From the NCBI GenBank assembly GCA_000708835.1, contig DF237396.1, forward strand, positions 22,125 through 77,514: a stretch of 55,390 bases of DNA, given 5' to 3'. Positions within the stretch are counted from its first letter, which is position 1, and each line of letters starts with the position of its first letter. The notes beneath the pieces were generated by a model. That model ran no database searches, was not told where the DNA came from, and saw nothing but the letters and a program-made list of their open reading frames with translations. Positions 31,901-50,940 of the stretch are shown piece after piece. Made by a program: the position numbers and the translations under genes. Source of the DNA: Klebsormidium nitens (lineage: Eukaryota; Plantae; Klebsormidiophyceae).

Positions 31901-34900
31901 GCGTCAGTCACTTCAATCAGCAATGGATGCACCCATCAAAGTACCCTCCTCGAGACGAGCGTCTTTATCCCTTTGTGCCATAACCAAGTGCAAAAGATTC
32001 CGCCGAAGGCGACCGCTCGAAAACGAATCGAAATTACGGGAGAAAGCAAGAAGGAGCAACTCCAGCCGACCTTTGAATCACCGATCGTGGTGAAGACCGC
32101 AACCTCTAAACAATTCGCCGCAACGGACGCTCCTAGAGTGCATCAGTCAAGTGCAAACAATCCATCAAAAGCTTTGCACTTTTCCACCGGAGGTGTCAAA
32201 AGGGAACGCACACTCCGAGTGAACCTCTGTTCTGAACGCACAGCTCGACTGAAGGAGGCAGCAGAAGATTAAGAACAGGGAAGGGAGCTGAAGAGGAAAA
32301 GGCACTCCTCAAAAAATATCATTTACTTCCTTACCATGGTAAAAGTCTTGCCAGTGCCGGTCTGCCCGTAGGCGAAGATGCACACGTTGAAGCCGTCCAG
32401 AACGGACATGACCACGGGGGCCGTGTCCGCGAACACCTCCGCCTGGTCCGCCTCCGGGTTAAAAACCCGGTCAAACTTGAACGCCTTTTTGTCCCCGGGG
32501 CGGGGCCCCGAGCGGACCAGCAGCTCGTTCTCGCCCTTGACGTCGAAGTCGACGACGTTGGACTGCCCGGAGGAGATCTCCGAGGGGGCCAGGGGGCGGC
32601 AGCGGCAGAAGACGCGGATGTTGCCTGGGGGGAGGCGAACGTGGTCAAGTCGTGAAAAGTTGGGATATTTTAGGAGAACCGACTAGATGTTTTAAAAGTG
32701 CGGAGTAGCCGTGAGGGTAGGAGGTTGAGCCGGTTTTGAATCAGCGCTCGAGTCAAACGTTCTCATCGCATCGTCGCATAGGTATGCAGCTTGTTGACAT
32801 TTGTGCTCAAGACAACGGTATTTGTACTCAGGACAACGGAGGCCACACGAGTCTGCAAACCAGTGGACCCGTTCTGCTTGCAGTGTGTGCGCTTCTGTTT
32901 GACTCCAAGTTCCATGCAAACACATGTACAAGCCTAATCCAAGCACGTATTGGCAAGCGCAGCAAACAGCGGCTGAGACTCTCGAATCAAGCTAGAAAGC
33001 GCAGCGCTTTCCAATAAACATGTTCCTCTTATTAATGCCGCCAAAACCTGTCTGGACCGTACGATGGGGCGCACTGCGCCATAAGACAGCCCAACATCAT
33101 GAAGGAAAGATTGTGCTCTGAAAAGACAGGTCGTTGCTCACGTAAGCAGTGAAGGGAATCAGTGTAAATACGGCGGCCCACCTTTCATTTCGAGCACTTC
33201 GTTGTAGTACTTCTTGCGGGCCGCGCTCTCGAGGGCGAAGCGCCGCTTGAGCTCCTCATATTCCGAGACTGTGTCAGAAAGAGAAACAGCCGGATGGTCA
33301 AACATTTGAAGCAGCCTACTGTTGTGGAGTCACAAGGACTTAGGATTTTTGAGCCTTCGATCGTGCAACGAGTCATGAGGGTGAAAGTTTTAGGGTACCC
33401 TGTTTTGCCAACGATGAGCTTTCCATATCGGTGACCTAAACTTCAAAGGTTGCTACCACAAGATTACTCCGATTCAGAAGATCTCTTTCTGAAAAGGGCA
33501 GGAGGATTCTAAAACGGGCGATGCAGATATCATAGTTCATCAGACAATTTTGCGGAGCGGGACGTCATGGATTCACGAGGCGTTTCACAAACGTCAACGA
33601 ACCCTTCAAAGGAGTGCAAAAGCAGCGGTCTAAAGCCTGACAATCCCAAGTTCTGCACTCGTACCAGGTCCCTGTCCTTCTTTCTCATCTGACGGAGTCG
33701 AGGAGCGAGCTTTCTAGATGCAGAATGTGAGGAGGATGACCACATTTGTGACCTTACCTAGCTTCCTGACGGCAGCCTTTGTTTCGTTCTCGAGCCGCTC
33801 GCTCGTCTCCGCATCTTCTGCTTCGGAAGCATCCGGTGAGGGAGCATCGCCACTGGCGGGATGAACGGCCTGAAGCACAAGTAACGAGCTTCAACTAAGT
33901 GCCTTGTTTCTGGGTCGGCCGGATATTATCACCAGCCAATGCCCACCCCGTTGTATGAAGCAATGGAAATCCTTTTATTTTTCACCTTGAAGTAAGATCT
34001 AGGACCTAAGGAGAAACTTCTGCAGAATACTAGCATCGCAAGAAATGGGCGTTATTGGATGCGCCGTCAAGGCAAGTGTCTGCCAGCTCCATATACGAGC
34101 ATCTCCACCCTCCACGAGTCTGCAATGGCGTCAGCTAAGTCTAGAGGGGATCGGGTGCTAGAGTTGTCGCAGCAAAAGGAGATGCCCGAGAGGAATGGAG
34201 TAACTGCGAAGTCGGGGCTCTCACGCCCTGCAGAAGAATCCCAGGTCGAGACAGGACATCGGATGCACGTGAGAACTCTTATTTGAACACATTTCTTACG
34301 CCGATCTCCTTGCAGATTTGCTCGTGGAGGTCACGCCACCGGTCGCCTGCCCTGGACCGTTCGTTTGCCAGCTCGGCTGCTTGCTTGTCTACGAGCTCAC
34401 CTGAGAGCAACACCGTGAAATATATCTTGCACTGTGCTGACAAACGGGAGGAAGCGCGGATGCACACGATAGGGATGCATATGAGAACTTCCAATACGGG
34501 CCGAGTTGTATGAAGCACTGAGAGGTCGTTTCAAAGTGCGGAAATACTACAAACATGGCACTTTCGAACAGATGCAATAGACATCTGTGTCAAACGCATC
34601 AATCTTGAATCGTCTTAGAGCGGTGTTTTTATGCTGATCCAAGTTCTTTGTCGTCGCAGGCGGCCCACAGACCCCATGCGTTGCGACCATTGCCGTCGTC
34701 AACAATCAGAATAGTAACATGTTCAACCCTGTGGTTCTCACCCAGCCGTTGGGCCTCAGCTGTTCTTTCGCTCAGCTGCCGCCTCAGGTCGTCGATCTCC
34801 CGCGTCCGTCGCTCGAGGACGTCCCGCAGCGCGCCGCACTCGTCGGCAATCGCTGCCAGCTGGCCCTCGAGCTCCTGCGACCGGCTACGCACCTGCACAG

Positions 34901-37498
34901 TGCAGAATGCCCGGCGCTCTGTCTTCAAGCGACAACACTCGGGTTGACTTGGCGCGTGGTTTGCTGTGAAACCCTGATCGTCCCCGCTTGATTTGCTGTG
35001 GTCATCGGCGCTAGGTTTTCGTTGAAAGCCTGGTCATCTGGTCAACATACCCACATCAGGATTCGTGGACGTTGAGGACGCGGAGAGGAGGTCCAAGGTC
35101 AAGTGTGTAATGTGAAGCACATTACCCGTTTCTCGTTTACTGGTGTCAGCGTCTCCCTGTGTCTTACATCAGTAACTCAGCATTCCCCGTTGTCCATGAT
35201 TGCTGCCAAAACCATACTTAGCTTTTTGGCCCGGGCTAAGGGCCCGGACGGTTGAGGAAGGCCACTCATTGATCCAACTCACATCTTGTATCCAGAATAG
35301 ACCCAATCCTAGTAAGCCGCCAGGCCTGCCTCCTAGATGCAGCCCTGCCGGAAGGCCCTGTCCTTCCACCTGTCGCAGGCTTGCCAACCATCAAAAAAGC
35401 TTAGTAAGTGACCGGCAACTAGGCATTGTCCCCCGAATGCAACTCAACCCACAGGAAAATTGACATGTCATTTCACAATGAGGTTAAAACACCACACCCA
35501 CCTCCTGCTCCTGCCCTTGCCGGGAGGCCCTGTTCTTCTGGTGGTTGCTCACGTACATCTCCAGTTCGTACTCTTTGGCTTTGAGAGTGTCCATCGCACG
35601 CGTCAGGTCCTTCAAGTCGTGCGCTCGCTCCTGCAAACGACGAAGAGAGATGATTATCCGACAATACTGTTCTGCAAAGGCCACAGGAATGTCAGTCACA
35701 GGCAATCCGACCATCAACTGAAGCAGCGTATTCTTCATAATGTTTTCTGCAGCATCTTGACGAGTTCAGCAGCACTGGTAGTTTTGTGCAAAACCCCTGC
35801 TCTACAAGGGACCGCCCTGCAATTCCACGTGTAAAAGTCGTTAACAAGGTTGGCCGATTTTGAACGCATTCTCCAATCTTGCCCTCAGCAAGATTTTGAT
35901 CCGGCTCTGGTCCATTACGACATGACCTGGCCGATCTCTCCTTCCCTTGCAGCCACTGCCCTCTTGCTCCATCAAATGCCACTTGCAAGAGCTTTGCTTT
36001 CATATGTGAAGCTTTTGGGTAGCTCTGACTGGTTGCCCTGCTGAGGTTTCTCCCTCTGTTACTGATCACCTCATCTTCATGCAGCCTGCAGCTTCTCTAT
36101 TACTCACACAGAATCCCAGCCTGAAGACTCGTTCCCCTGGCAAGAAATCTCACCTCCTCAAACTCGCGCAGCTTCTTTTGCAACACCTTCGACGCCGCCA
36201 TCTCATCCTTCAGCTGCCGCTTCAGCACCGTCACCTCGTCTTTCACGATCGCCCTCCCCCCGCCGTCCTCCGGCCCCTTGTCCTCTGACGCCATAAACGC
36301 GCTTGGACCTCCTACATGCCTTCCAGGGGACTTTGCCCTCTCCGCTTCTGTTCTCTCTCTCCAGGGGGACCCCTGCCGTGCCTTTTCTACCCCCCCCTTT
36401 GCAGGGGTACTGCTCCGGGGGGGCTTTTGGTCCTCATACCGGCGGGACGGAGACTTCTGTGCTGGGTCGTCTCGTTGTGGGGTGCCGTGACGCGCTTTCT
36501 CCACCCTAGGTTTGGCATCAGTGCCCCCACGCGGTGGTTCTTGCTGCTCATATCTCCTTGAGGGGGACTTCTGCCTCGCCTGGTCCACCTTTAGTACACC
36601 ACCCCCTGAGTCTACCTCTTCATAATCCTGTTCTCTGCCCCTGAGTGCAATTCTCTCGGGGGTCTGCTCCGGGCGCCTTTTGTGCGGGGACTTTGGCTGT
36701 TTCTTCTCAGTCCCCGTTCCGTGAGTCAGCGGGCCAGAGGGAAAGCCTCCCTCGCGCTTCTCTGCAGTTTGATCAGAGGGCAGGTTTACGCGGTTGAACT
36801 TTGATCCAAAAGTTTCTTGCTGCTTCCTTTGTCAAGGCTGTTATTGTAGCGTAGTCAGTGTTGCAACTCCAGCTTGATCCAAGGGAGAGGCCACCTCATG
36901 TTACAACGATCTCGACAACTGCTTCTGTTCCCTCCATGTTCTCCTCTTGAAATTGGCTTTGTATGGAGTTGGAACCTCTCAAAAATGCAGGCATGCTATG
37001 GAAGACATGTTGGCCTACCTCGTTTTGGGGATATAGGCCCCCAGGCCTTCTGATCGAAGTCAGTGGGGCTCCTGCGCTTCCGGAAATTGTAGCCCCCTGC
37101 ACGATTTGGTACGTGAATGATCCATGTCTTTACACAGTTCTTTGGAGATTACAATTCTTGAGAAACAAGCCAGCGCCCTATTCTCACATCATAGCCTGCA
37201 CCCTGATCTGCTCTTTCTTGCCACACAAACACGACTTTTGAGATGATGGACTGTGCTGTTGGATCTAGCCATGGCTTTTTCTTGACCTTATTGAGCGGCA
37301 GAATCACAAGCCTTCTCGGTCTGCCGGAACGGTCTTTCTGAGATCCAACACAGAATCTACACCATTCTGACTCGGACCAGTCGCAGTGCACACAGCCTGC
37401 AATTTGACAAGGAGCTGACCTTTGTCCACAGCAGCAGCGACCTTGTCTGCTCCGGACAGGAAGTTTGCCGGGCCATCCACAGACATTGACACGTCCAT
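25963..37498 (-). CDS. KIN14: Kinesin-14 (plant KIFC3-like / KIN14Q-S type: coiled coil, internal motor, long C-terminal tail; no malectin domain seen)
   Basis: Exons (5'->3') 37498-37420 (start tentative), 36761-36154, 35630-35502, 34892-34742, 34400-34300, 33869-33758, 33268-33182, 32624-32335, 31770-31601, 31092-30934, 30017-29802, 29072-28871, 28304-28179, 27489-25963. Motifs: kinesin-14 neck [24 protein letters not shown]-loop [20 protein letters not shown], switch I NEHSSRSH, switch [30 protein letters not shown]. Confidence 0.95.
29204..29266 (-). repeat. Decayed copy of acceptor plus start of kinesin exon 29072-28871
   Basis: 59/63 identical to 29013-29075. It retains CAG and reads [29 protein letters not shown]-stop. 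Confidence 0.92.
30245..30389. repeat. Intronic minisatellite, 28-bp unit (ttaactctcactaaccaaacaatacctc) x ~5
   Basis: Directly visible tandem units with no unique spacers. Confidence 0.9.
30454..30550 (-). repeat. Decayed copy of acceptor plus start of kinesin exon 30017-29802
   Basis: cgctcgctcccggccaggttcaccagcgaaagccgcgaccgagtggtctc...ttgttctcg...ccaagcatgctggc matches about 29924-30022, with small deletions that shift the frame. Confidence 0.9.
31093..31240 (-). repeat. 114-bp tandem duplication across the acceptor of kinesin exon 31092-30934 (in frame)
   Basis: A second CAG acceptor at 31209-31207 lies exactly 114 nt upstream. ORF 30930-31403 reads [24 protein letters not shown]...[24 protein letters not shown]. 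Confidence 0.92.
36300..36580 (-). repeat. 38-codon tandem coding repeat (x2) in the kinesin N-terminal region
   Basis: [38 protein letters not shown] / [35 protein letters not shown]. Confidence 0.8.
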
Positions 37499-38014
37499 GG
37501 TGTCCAAGTCGCGGCTATGCTTTCATGTGAACCAGATGGCATCTAGCTACACCGCTCTTCATTTGCACCATGCAGTAGTGCTAAGTAAGGAGACACTTAA
37601 AAGACTTGTGATCTGTTGCGAGAATCTACCAGAATGCTGCCGCAAATGCTGCATCTATAGCGCTACTTTGTCAGCCCCCCGCAAGTCCAACTGGCAATCA
37701 GCAAGCATCATGTTCCCAATTTTTGATGCCCGGCCCCCACAGATGCACCTTCTTTTAGCAGGCAAGAACGTGTCTCATAGCCCCTGGATCCGCAGGCAAG
37801 ACAAGTGGGACAACAAGCGCCATGAACTGCCATGAAGCACTCCGCATTTCAGAGTCAACGAGGCGAAGACCGCAATTCAAAAAGCGGAAGGGGCAGTTGA
37901 GGGTGTCCCATCGACCGTCGAGTGGCCCAGCCTATCGTGATGGACGGCCAATTATCGATCCGATCTTCAGGGCTGAAGAGTCGCACAGACTGAACAGAAT
38001 TAATGCATGGCAAG

Positions 38015-38100
38015 TCTCTCTCTCTCTCTCTCTCTGAGTCTGAGTCTCTCTCTGTCTTGCTCTCTTTCTCTCTCCTGAGTCTCTGCATTTTCTCTTTCTT
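38015..38100. promoter_or_regulatory. (CT)n microsatellite / CT-rich tract in the divergent promoter or 5'UTR region between the kinesin and ethanolamine kinase genes
   Basis: About 10 TC units followed by a degenerate CT-rich tract, between ATGs at 37498 (-) and 38481 (+). A regulatory role is inferred only from position. Confidence 0.45.
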
Positions 38101-38480
38101 CAGTTGTCTTCAGTCTATGAAGTTGGAACAAGTGTACGGTATCCAGAAAGGAGCTTGCTTTCTTCATACCTATCTTGCTCAGGAACCACCTAGGTACCTA
38201 GGTAGCAGGTAACTTTCGATTGCTACTGAGTTTCTAAAAGTTTCGGTGATTGAAGAAGTCCCTGAGGGTGCTAGTTCTCAGATCCTCGTGTGCAGCATTG
38301 AAGCTGCCAGCATGCAGGGAGTCGTCTGACACCTGGAGCGGGCGTCTTTTTAAACGATGGCATTGAAATAACTTGGCCACTTTTGAAGAAGGTGAAGTGT
38401 TTGATGTGGCGGTGCTTGCCTGAATTGCGGACTTAGTTAAGAGTTGCCATTAGTAATTAGCAAGGATCACTTGCTGCAAC

Positions 38481-44318
<5,838 letters not shown>

Positions 44319-45905
44319 TTAGCGTTGGTAAACGTCGTAGGGTGGCGTTCAACGCGGATGTCTGAAAGCAGACAGAGTCTAATATGCTTTTCTAGATGCT
44401 TCTCAGCGTTTGCGTATTGTAAATTGCTCAAGTCTTACGATTGAAGGGAAAGTGCTGGCACATTGCATGGGCTTCCTCCAGTTCTATTGAAGATTATGTT
44501 AGTCTAGTTTCTAAGAGGTCTGGCACATCGGGGCTTCTTAAATGGACATCAGCGCCCCGTCTAGAAGTAACCGTAGACAATCATATGCTTAACGCCCCAG
44601 CGCAGCTGCCCGATTTTAGACAGACACGTCCATCACACATTTCAGGGCAATCTATCATAAGCCTGCCATGGACTGCCTCCGACTCGTGGGGAAGCTCATG
44701 GTGATCGAGCTGTCATGCATCAAAGCTTGCATTCAATCAAAGATGCGCACGTTGCGTGCCGGTCGGCAATCAAACAGTAGTAGCTGTATAGTGAACGCTT
44801 GATTGCACTACGTTATCCTGATGCAATGTACGTTGTGAATGCCAGTAATGATTATACTAGAATTGTTGCACACGGTCCGATCGCTACGTGTGGCCTGACT
44901 AGTGGGACCACATATATATATCTCAGCCGGAAAAAAAAATCCCACACTAGGCCGGCGATTAAGAATCGATCGTGATTGAACTTAGCGCAGGCTGCGCACG
45001 GCCGACCGCGCGCGCATGTAAGTGATCTGCGCTATATTGACCGTCTTATAATGAGAACTTATCATATATGCACATGTGACCGTCTCACATGACCATCCTA
45101 GTCACTGAATATATCATGCCAGGCATGCAGCGGTCGGCATACCGCCGCGGGCGGCTGAACATGCATTGCACGATTCATGAGTGATCACTAGCTGCAGCAT
45201 TATACGGTAAGTGCTGTCAAAATCTATCGTTGTAATGTTTAGAAGTTATCTCCCACTCTTCGAAATGAGTATCAACCGCCGGCCGCGGCCGGCCATCATT
45301 CAAGATTGATGGATCAAATGGATTACCCCATTCGAGGGCATTGCAGTTGGCTCTAGCTACCAGCCTGCTAGGGCGCTCAAGGCATGACCGCCCGTATCCA
45401 ACTTGACTGGGCGGCCGACGCGCAGCGTTATAAGCGCTCAATGTTTTGCTGGACGCATAACTTGCAGCTGATTGGAGGTGCTTGGTCATTGCTTGAACCT
45501 ATATGCTTAAATTGACCAAGCTATGTAGCTCACGCGGCACAAGCATCTTTCAAGGCCTGGCCGGAAGTTTGCCAATGGCAATTCGCCGCTATCTTTATCG
45601 ATCACAACGAGACAGAATCTGAATCACGCGACACCACTCCGTTTCCGATGTCTCTGCCAGTCTCTTTCAGAACCGTCACGATAAACATTCAAAGTGTCCA
45701 ATTCAACATGTCAGGGTCCGATCACCTATTCGAAGTGGAATGCTTTTCGTCTGCGTTGCTTGATACTAGCCGCCGGACGATGCGAGCAGGTCAAAAGCGC
45801 CGGATTGATTGGGTACTTGCAGAGCCTCAATGGACGGATGCCCGCTACCCGCTACAGTGGTTGTCAGTCCGACTGTGAGGGTACTGGCTTGAAGCATTGG
45901 CTGTC

Positions 45906-48900
45906 TCACGTCCCGTCTTGTTTTTGCCGGCACGTCCGCTTGTGCGCTTTCTTCCAGTGACTTGCCTGCGAGAGACAAGGGTCGGCATCAGAAAGGTGAT
46001 ATTGACCGCGCAGCCGGCAGCTCGGTACTCTTGGTCTGGGCCGACCTTCCAGGAGCAGGCAATCATTATCACCCGACACTATCAAGATTGACACAAGTCC
46101 TTCGTGAACCAGCCAACGTGTTCTGTCGACAGAGTCGAATCGACCCCCGAGCAAACTTCCTTACAGGTGATCCTGTCGTTGCAGCACCGCCTATCGACTT
46201 TCCTATGCATATGTAAGTGTCCACTCCTTTTCCCTTTCGTCGATGGCTTCGACAGATTGCTTCGCTTGTGTGAAGCGGCGGTCGACGGAGCCTCACCTGA
46301 CACTCTTTCGAGCAGTATTGCGCCCGGCCGCATGCCGAGCATTTCTTGAACATGTTCTTTCGCGTCTCCAGCACGTCTCGTGGGCACTCCTGGCAGCACG
46401 TCAGCACGACACGTGTCAAGAACGTGTAATTTTACAGTTCACCGGATTACCTTGCATACAGCCAACTCATCCTTGGGACTGGATGTCGAGGGTCGGCTTC
46501 CGTTCAAGAAAAACGGACAAAATTGTTGTAGGCGGCCTGGTCTGCTTGGGTGATTTGGCTCAGTTCTTTCTTTAAGCTCAGTCACCAGCTAATCTGCAAT
46601 TGGAGCAGTTTCGAATACCAGATCAACCTCGCTCCAGTTCCAAACCTTGGCACAAGATTTGGGACTACAATTCCCTGCTATGCTCATCTTCTCAGACACG
46701 TGTCAATCAAGCATTGGTGAACGGCGAAACAAGAGAGAAGGAAACGGAATCGATATGCAGGCGAATGTCAGTCTTGTTTGCGCCGTCTTTGCGCCCCTCC
46801 CTCCCTAGATTTCAAGCGGCGAGTCGTTTGGACTAAAAAGACTGATCATCCACCTTTTTAAGCGAGGAGCCGGCTTCGGTCAAAAGAGAGCTACAGCAAA
46901 TTCAACTGTGCCAGTCATTGCGCCTACCTGGAAGCTGCACTCCTTGAGGCCGTACTTAACAGACAGCGCCTCCCACAGCCGCACCGCCAGACAGCGCAAG
47001 TCGTCGAGCAACTCCGGCGTCTCTGCTCGGCCCTTCTCCTCGGGCAGGTTTTCCCACACGTAGCGCTCCGCCCCCCGCCGCGTCCGCAGCACCCCCGCAG
47101 CGAAACTGACCCCCCCGTTGCACGCGAGCGCGGCGAGGAACGCCCCCGCGAGGGGCTCTGAGCTTAAAACAGTCTGCAGACAGAACGTCAGGTTCGTCGC
47201 AACTGTCCCCAAGATACTCCAACGCCGCGTCTCTTCTCTATCGGGAGCCCGCCCTTCGCACGTGCGAACGAGGCCCGCCATGTCGGCATATGCCGCTCCA
47301 AGACATGATATCACGGGGCCGATCTGTTGGGGGACTTCGTCTATGAGGACGCACCGGAACCGGCAGAAAAACTCGAGGGCCGCCGCCGCGTATGGGACCG
47401 GGCTGAGTCGGTCGAGCATTGCGTTACCCGCCTCGCCCAGGACATCAAGCGCTGCGCGTGCGAGCTTCCGCTCCCGTGCGCCGGGGCCCCACGTGGCCGC
47501 CCCGCTGATGACGTCTTCCATTATCTTTTGCCTGACCCCGACCCACGTCGCGCGCTTCACGGAGCCGCTGAGGGGCGTGGCGCGACCCCGTGAGATGAGG
47601 TCACGTGTCTCTTCGGACGGCTCGGGGATGAGCGCCAGGTGGCCGTACAAATGGGTCCAGACGCAATAGGAGCCGGGGGAGCCCGCGACGAACCGCTTGT
47701 TCGCCGCGAGAAGCACGTCTAGCAACGGCCACCGTGAGTCCCACTTCGCATCCCGGTCCAATTGATATGCGGCAAAAAGCACGTCCAACAGCATGCGCAG
47801 CTCGAGTAGCCCGATCGAAGCGCCCGCGTCCCGTGCGAACTGCAGCAGCCGCGGCGCGGAGTCCGCCAACTCTTGACAAAAGGCCTTGTTTCGGTCGTTG
47901 TTGACCTCTTCGAAAGGCTCCGCGAGGAAAGCAAGGATGTAAAGGGTGGGCCAGACGGGGCCCTGGAAAGTTCCCGCGACGGCCCCCGTCTTTTGGTCCG
48001 CTTTCCGGTGTTGTTTCTCGAGGACGTCGATCAGAACCGGAAAGCACCCTTTCGCCGCGAGCTGCTGCGTCTCTTCCGCTTCCCACCCGTCCTTCCGCAG
48101 CTCCGCTTGCAACTCCCCGAGCAACTTGCACCTGACGCGCTCTTTATGGGCGGTCTGTATCCGTTGGACGAGCGACTCCGCTTTCGTTACCGACACCCGC
48201 ACCCCCCTCTCCTTCTTCCCCAGTTTCCCCGAGTCCCCGGCTCTGCCCCCTGCCAAAACAACTCCCGCGCACTTGATCGTGTGCGCTACCTGCCGTCCAA
48301 ACGCCTCTTAGGTTCCCCCCAGCGCGCAAAACCGGTCTGCCGTTCGCAGGAGCGCTTCCCGCCTGGGCTCCGTGAAAAGCGCCCGGTTCATTCTGTCGGG
48401 GCCCTCCACCAACTCCACAACCCGTAGCACATTGCCTGCCGCATCTCCGATCCGGACTCCTTCCCCGCGCGCAAGAACCGGCCCGGCAAGGGCGTCCAGA
48501 TAGCCCAGAAACCGGTCCAGCCAGTCGCCCAAAAGGCCCAAGTCGTCTAGCCGGAACTCCTGTTCCCCAGCGGGGTTATGTTTTTGCAGAACGACGAGCA
48601 TTTTGGCCTGCTGTTCGGCTAGGGTCGTAAGCAAAGTGAGCTCGAAATTGTTCGCCCAGGAGAGGGATGGCTGCGCGGGTATTGGTATAGAGCGCAGCAC
48701 CTCATGAACGATGCGGGAGTTCAGGGCCTCGGTCGCAAACCGGGGGCTATGCTGCATCAGGTTGTTGAGCAGCTCAATGTAGAGACAGGCCGTGTGGAAG
48801 AACATTGGCTGCCACGAGGCGCGCCGGCGCAGAGCGGCCTGGACTTTTGGGAGCAGGAAGCGCTGGAACTGGAGGAAGGGGGACGCGGCGGGGCCGTCGC

Positions 48901-50940
48901 CAAACTGCATGGGAGCCGAATGTAATTGCAATGGAGGAGAACGCCAGCAATCACTTACGAAGGCCGATCAAACGCTTGGGGAGAGTATCAAAATGACAAG
49001 GAAAAGGGGAGGAAAAAGCCGTGACAGTCGGCCATTTCCATCTTTGAAATTGAATGTGAGAGTAAATAAGGTGGAAGAGAGCTGAGATTATTGAGGAACG
49101 AAAGCTGGAGAACTCAGCGGAGTGGGCGGGCAAGTGAATGAGTTCATGAAGAGTATTTGAGTCGCAGATAGGATTGTTTGTGTTGGTTGAGTCGCCTGTG
49201 CGGCATCAAATCCATACAGCTTTGAACGGCCACCACTCTTCAGCGTGATTGGATGTGCGAGAGACTATTGCAGTAGGAGAAACCTCTCGAGCGCGGCAGG
49301 GAAAGGGCTGAACTGGGTCCCGCAGGAACTCACCTACGCACGTTTTCTACCCGCCTCCTAATGCCATCTGAATAGCGGAAATATCTATCAAATGCACTGG
49401 CAGATTTCGGCCCTGGATTTGAGCCATCACCTCCTTCGCGAAAGAGGGAATGGAGCTCATCTTCAGCAGCACCCCCAGTATTAGGTGATACTCCTCCTTG
49501 CAGGTGTTTCCCTGGGGGCTGACGAGAGACAACAGGCTAGCCACAGCCTCCTTGTTTTCCATCAACGCCAGCGCCTGAACGGAGAAAGTGGGAGCCTTTA
49601 GTAAAGGATGAGAAACAAGGAGCACGTGAGGGATTGAAGATAACAAGTGAAGATGCGAGAATCGAAGAAGGCAGAAGCAGGTGCAGACCACAGGCAGTTT
49701 CGCTCTTCAAAGTGGACAAAAAACGCCCATAGCAGTTCTCAACTTCCGGTCAATGCACATTGCTTCTATGTGGACTTCTTTTTCACGGCCTGAGACGAAC
49801 TGAAAAGTTGGACGTGGAATAAAGAATGCTCTTAATATTCCTGCCTGCATCTTCCTTATTGAGGCTCCTTGCAAAGAAGCGGAGGATGCCTCAACATTCC
49901 TGGAAACAAACCTTATTTTGGTACTTGCTTGAGCTGGAAGTTGTCTTAAGAAAGGGCGCGCAACATCTTATGGTGTCTACAGGGCAGGCCAGAACGGGGC
50001 AAGTTCCCAGGAACACAATTTCAGAGAGCTTTTCCTGTCACCAGATAAAGAAAAGGCACAGCCCCTAAGCCCCTTGGAATCATGCCAAACCGGCAAACCC
50101 CAACGCACTGCCGGACATTGGGACAAACCCCCTTCCACCCACTCAGTAAAACTTCTGTCATAGCACATCTCAGCTTGTCATAGTTTTACGATATGCATCC
50201 TCGGGGTTGTCCAGACGCAGAGCTGGTAACAGGGAGTGGATGCAGACGAGCAAAGAATCCATAAGATCAACACAAACAATCGATGTACAAAGAATATCGA
50301 CGAACCAAGCCTCACCCGCTTGAACATCTTATTTGGCTTCAACCGCAGCGCTGTTTCTTCCTGGGGGCTGACTTCGAAGCCAACGCGCCCTATCCCCATA
50401 ACCATGTCCTTCAGCTCCTGCAGAATCTCATGCGCCCTGCCCTCCGTGCTGAGCCTTACAAAGCGGGCCACAAAGTCGGCCGCCTGCAAACAATGCCTAG
50501 AGTGCTGAGCCCATAGCCCTGGTGGAATGACATTGCTACACCGAAGCCGGCCTTTCCAGCTACTCAGCGTCACGAATTGCACTTGAGATCTCTCCCAAGT
50601 TGCCCCCTAGATTCTCTAAGCCAGGCAGCCACACTTTGCAATGGTGCTGTTCCCACCTCCTTCTTGCCATGACAAGTTACGTTGAATTCGTCCAAGTTCT
50701 TGAAGGGTCTCTCAGATGCACCGCCCTCAGTGCCCCAGAACGAGATAGCTCGGAAAGTGGTTCTGGCGTCCAATTTATAACCACTTTGGAATCATCTTCA
50801 CACTTACAATGACGACGAACAATGTAACATAAGAAAAGCAAAGGACTGCTCTGAAACTCCGGATTGATAGCTTCAAGCGATCGGAATCATTCTATTTGTT
50901 GCTGGACGACTTGGTCACAAGAGCTCACCTTTGATGCCAT
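45906..50940 (-). CDS. Helical-repeat protein with C-terminal MYND zinc finger; interrupted by one in-frame TAA (48308-48310), possible recent pseudogene
   Basis: Exons 50940-50929 (MASK), 50483-50316, 49574-49431, 48904-46928, 46389-46297, 45965-45906. The spliced C-terminus KECSFQECPRDVLETRKNMFKKCSACGRAQYCSKECQASHWKKAHKRTC fits the MYND pattern. Confidence 0.8.

Noticed and set aside
46956-48427. Multiple long overlapping ORFs on both strands (and likewise 26003-26644, 54608-55331)
   Set aside because: Alternative-frame and antisense shadows of GC-rich coding exons already assigned.
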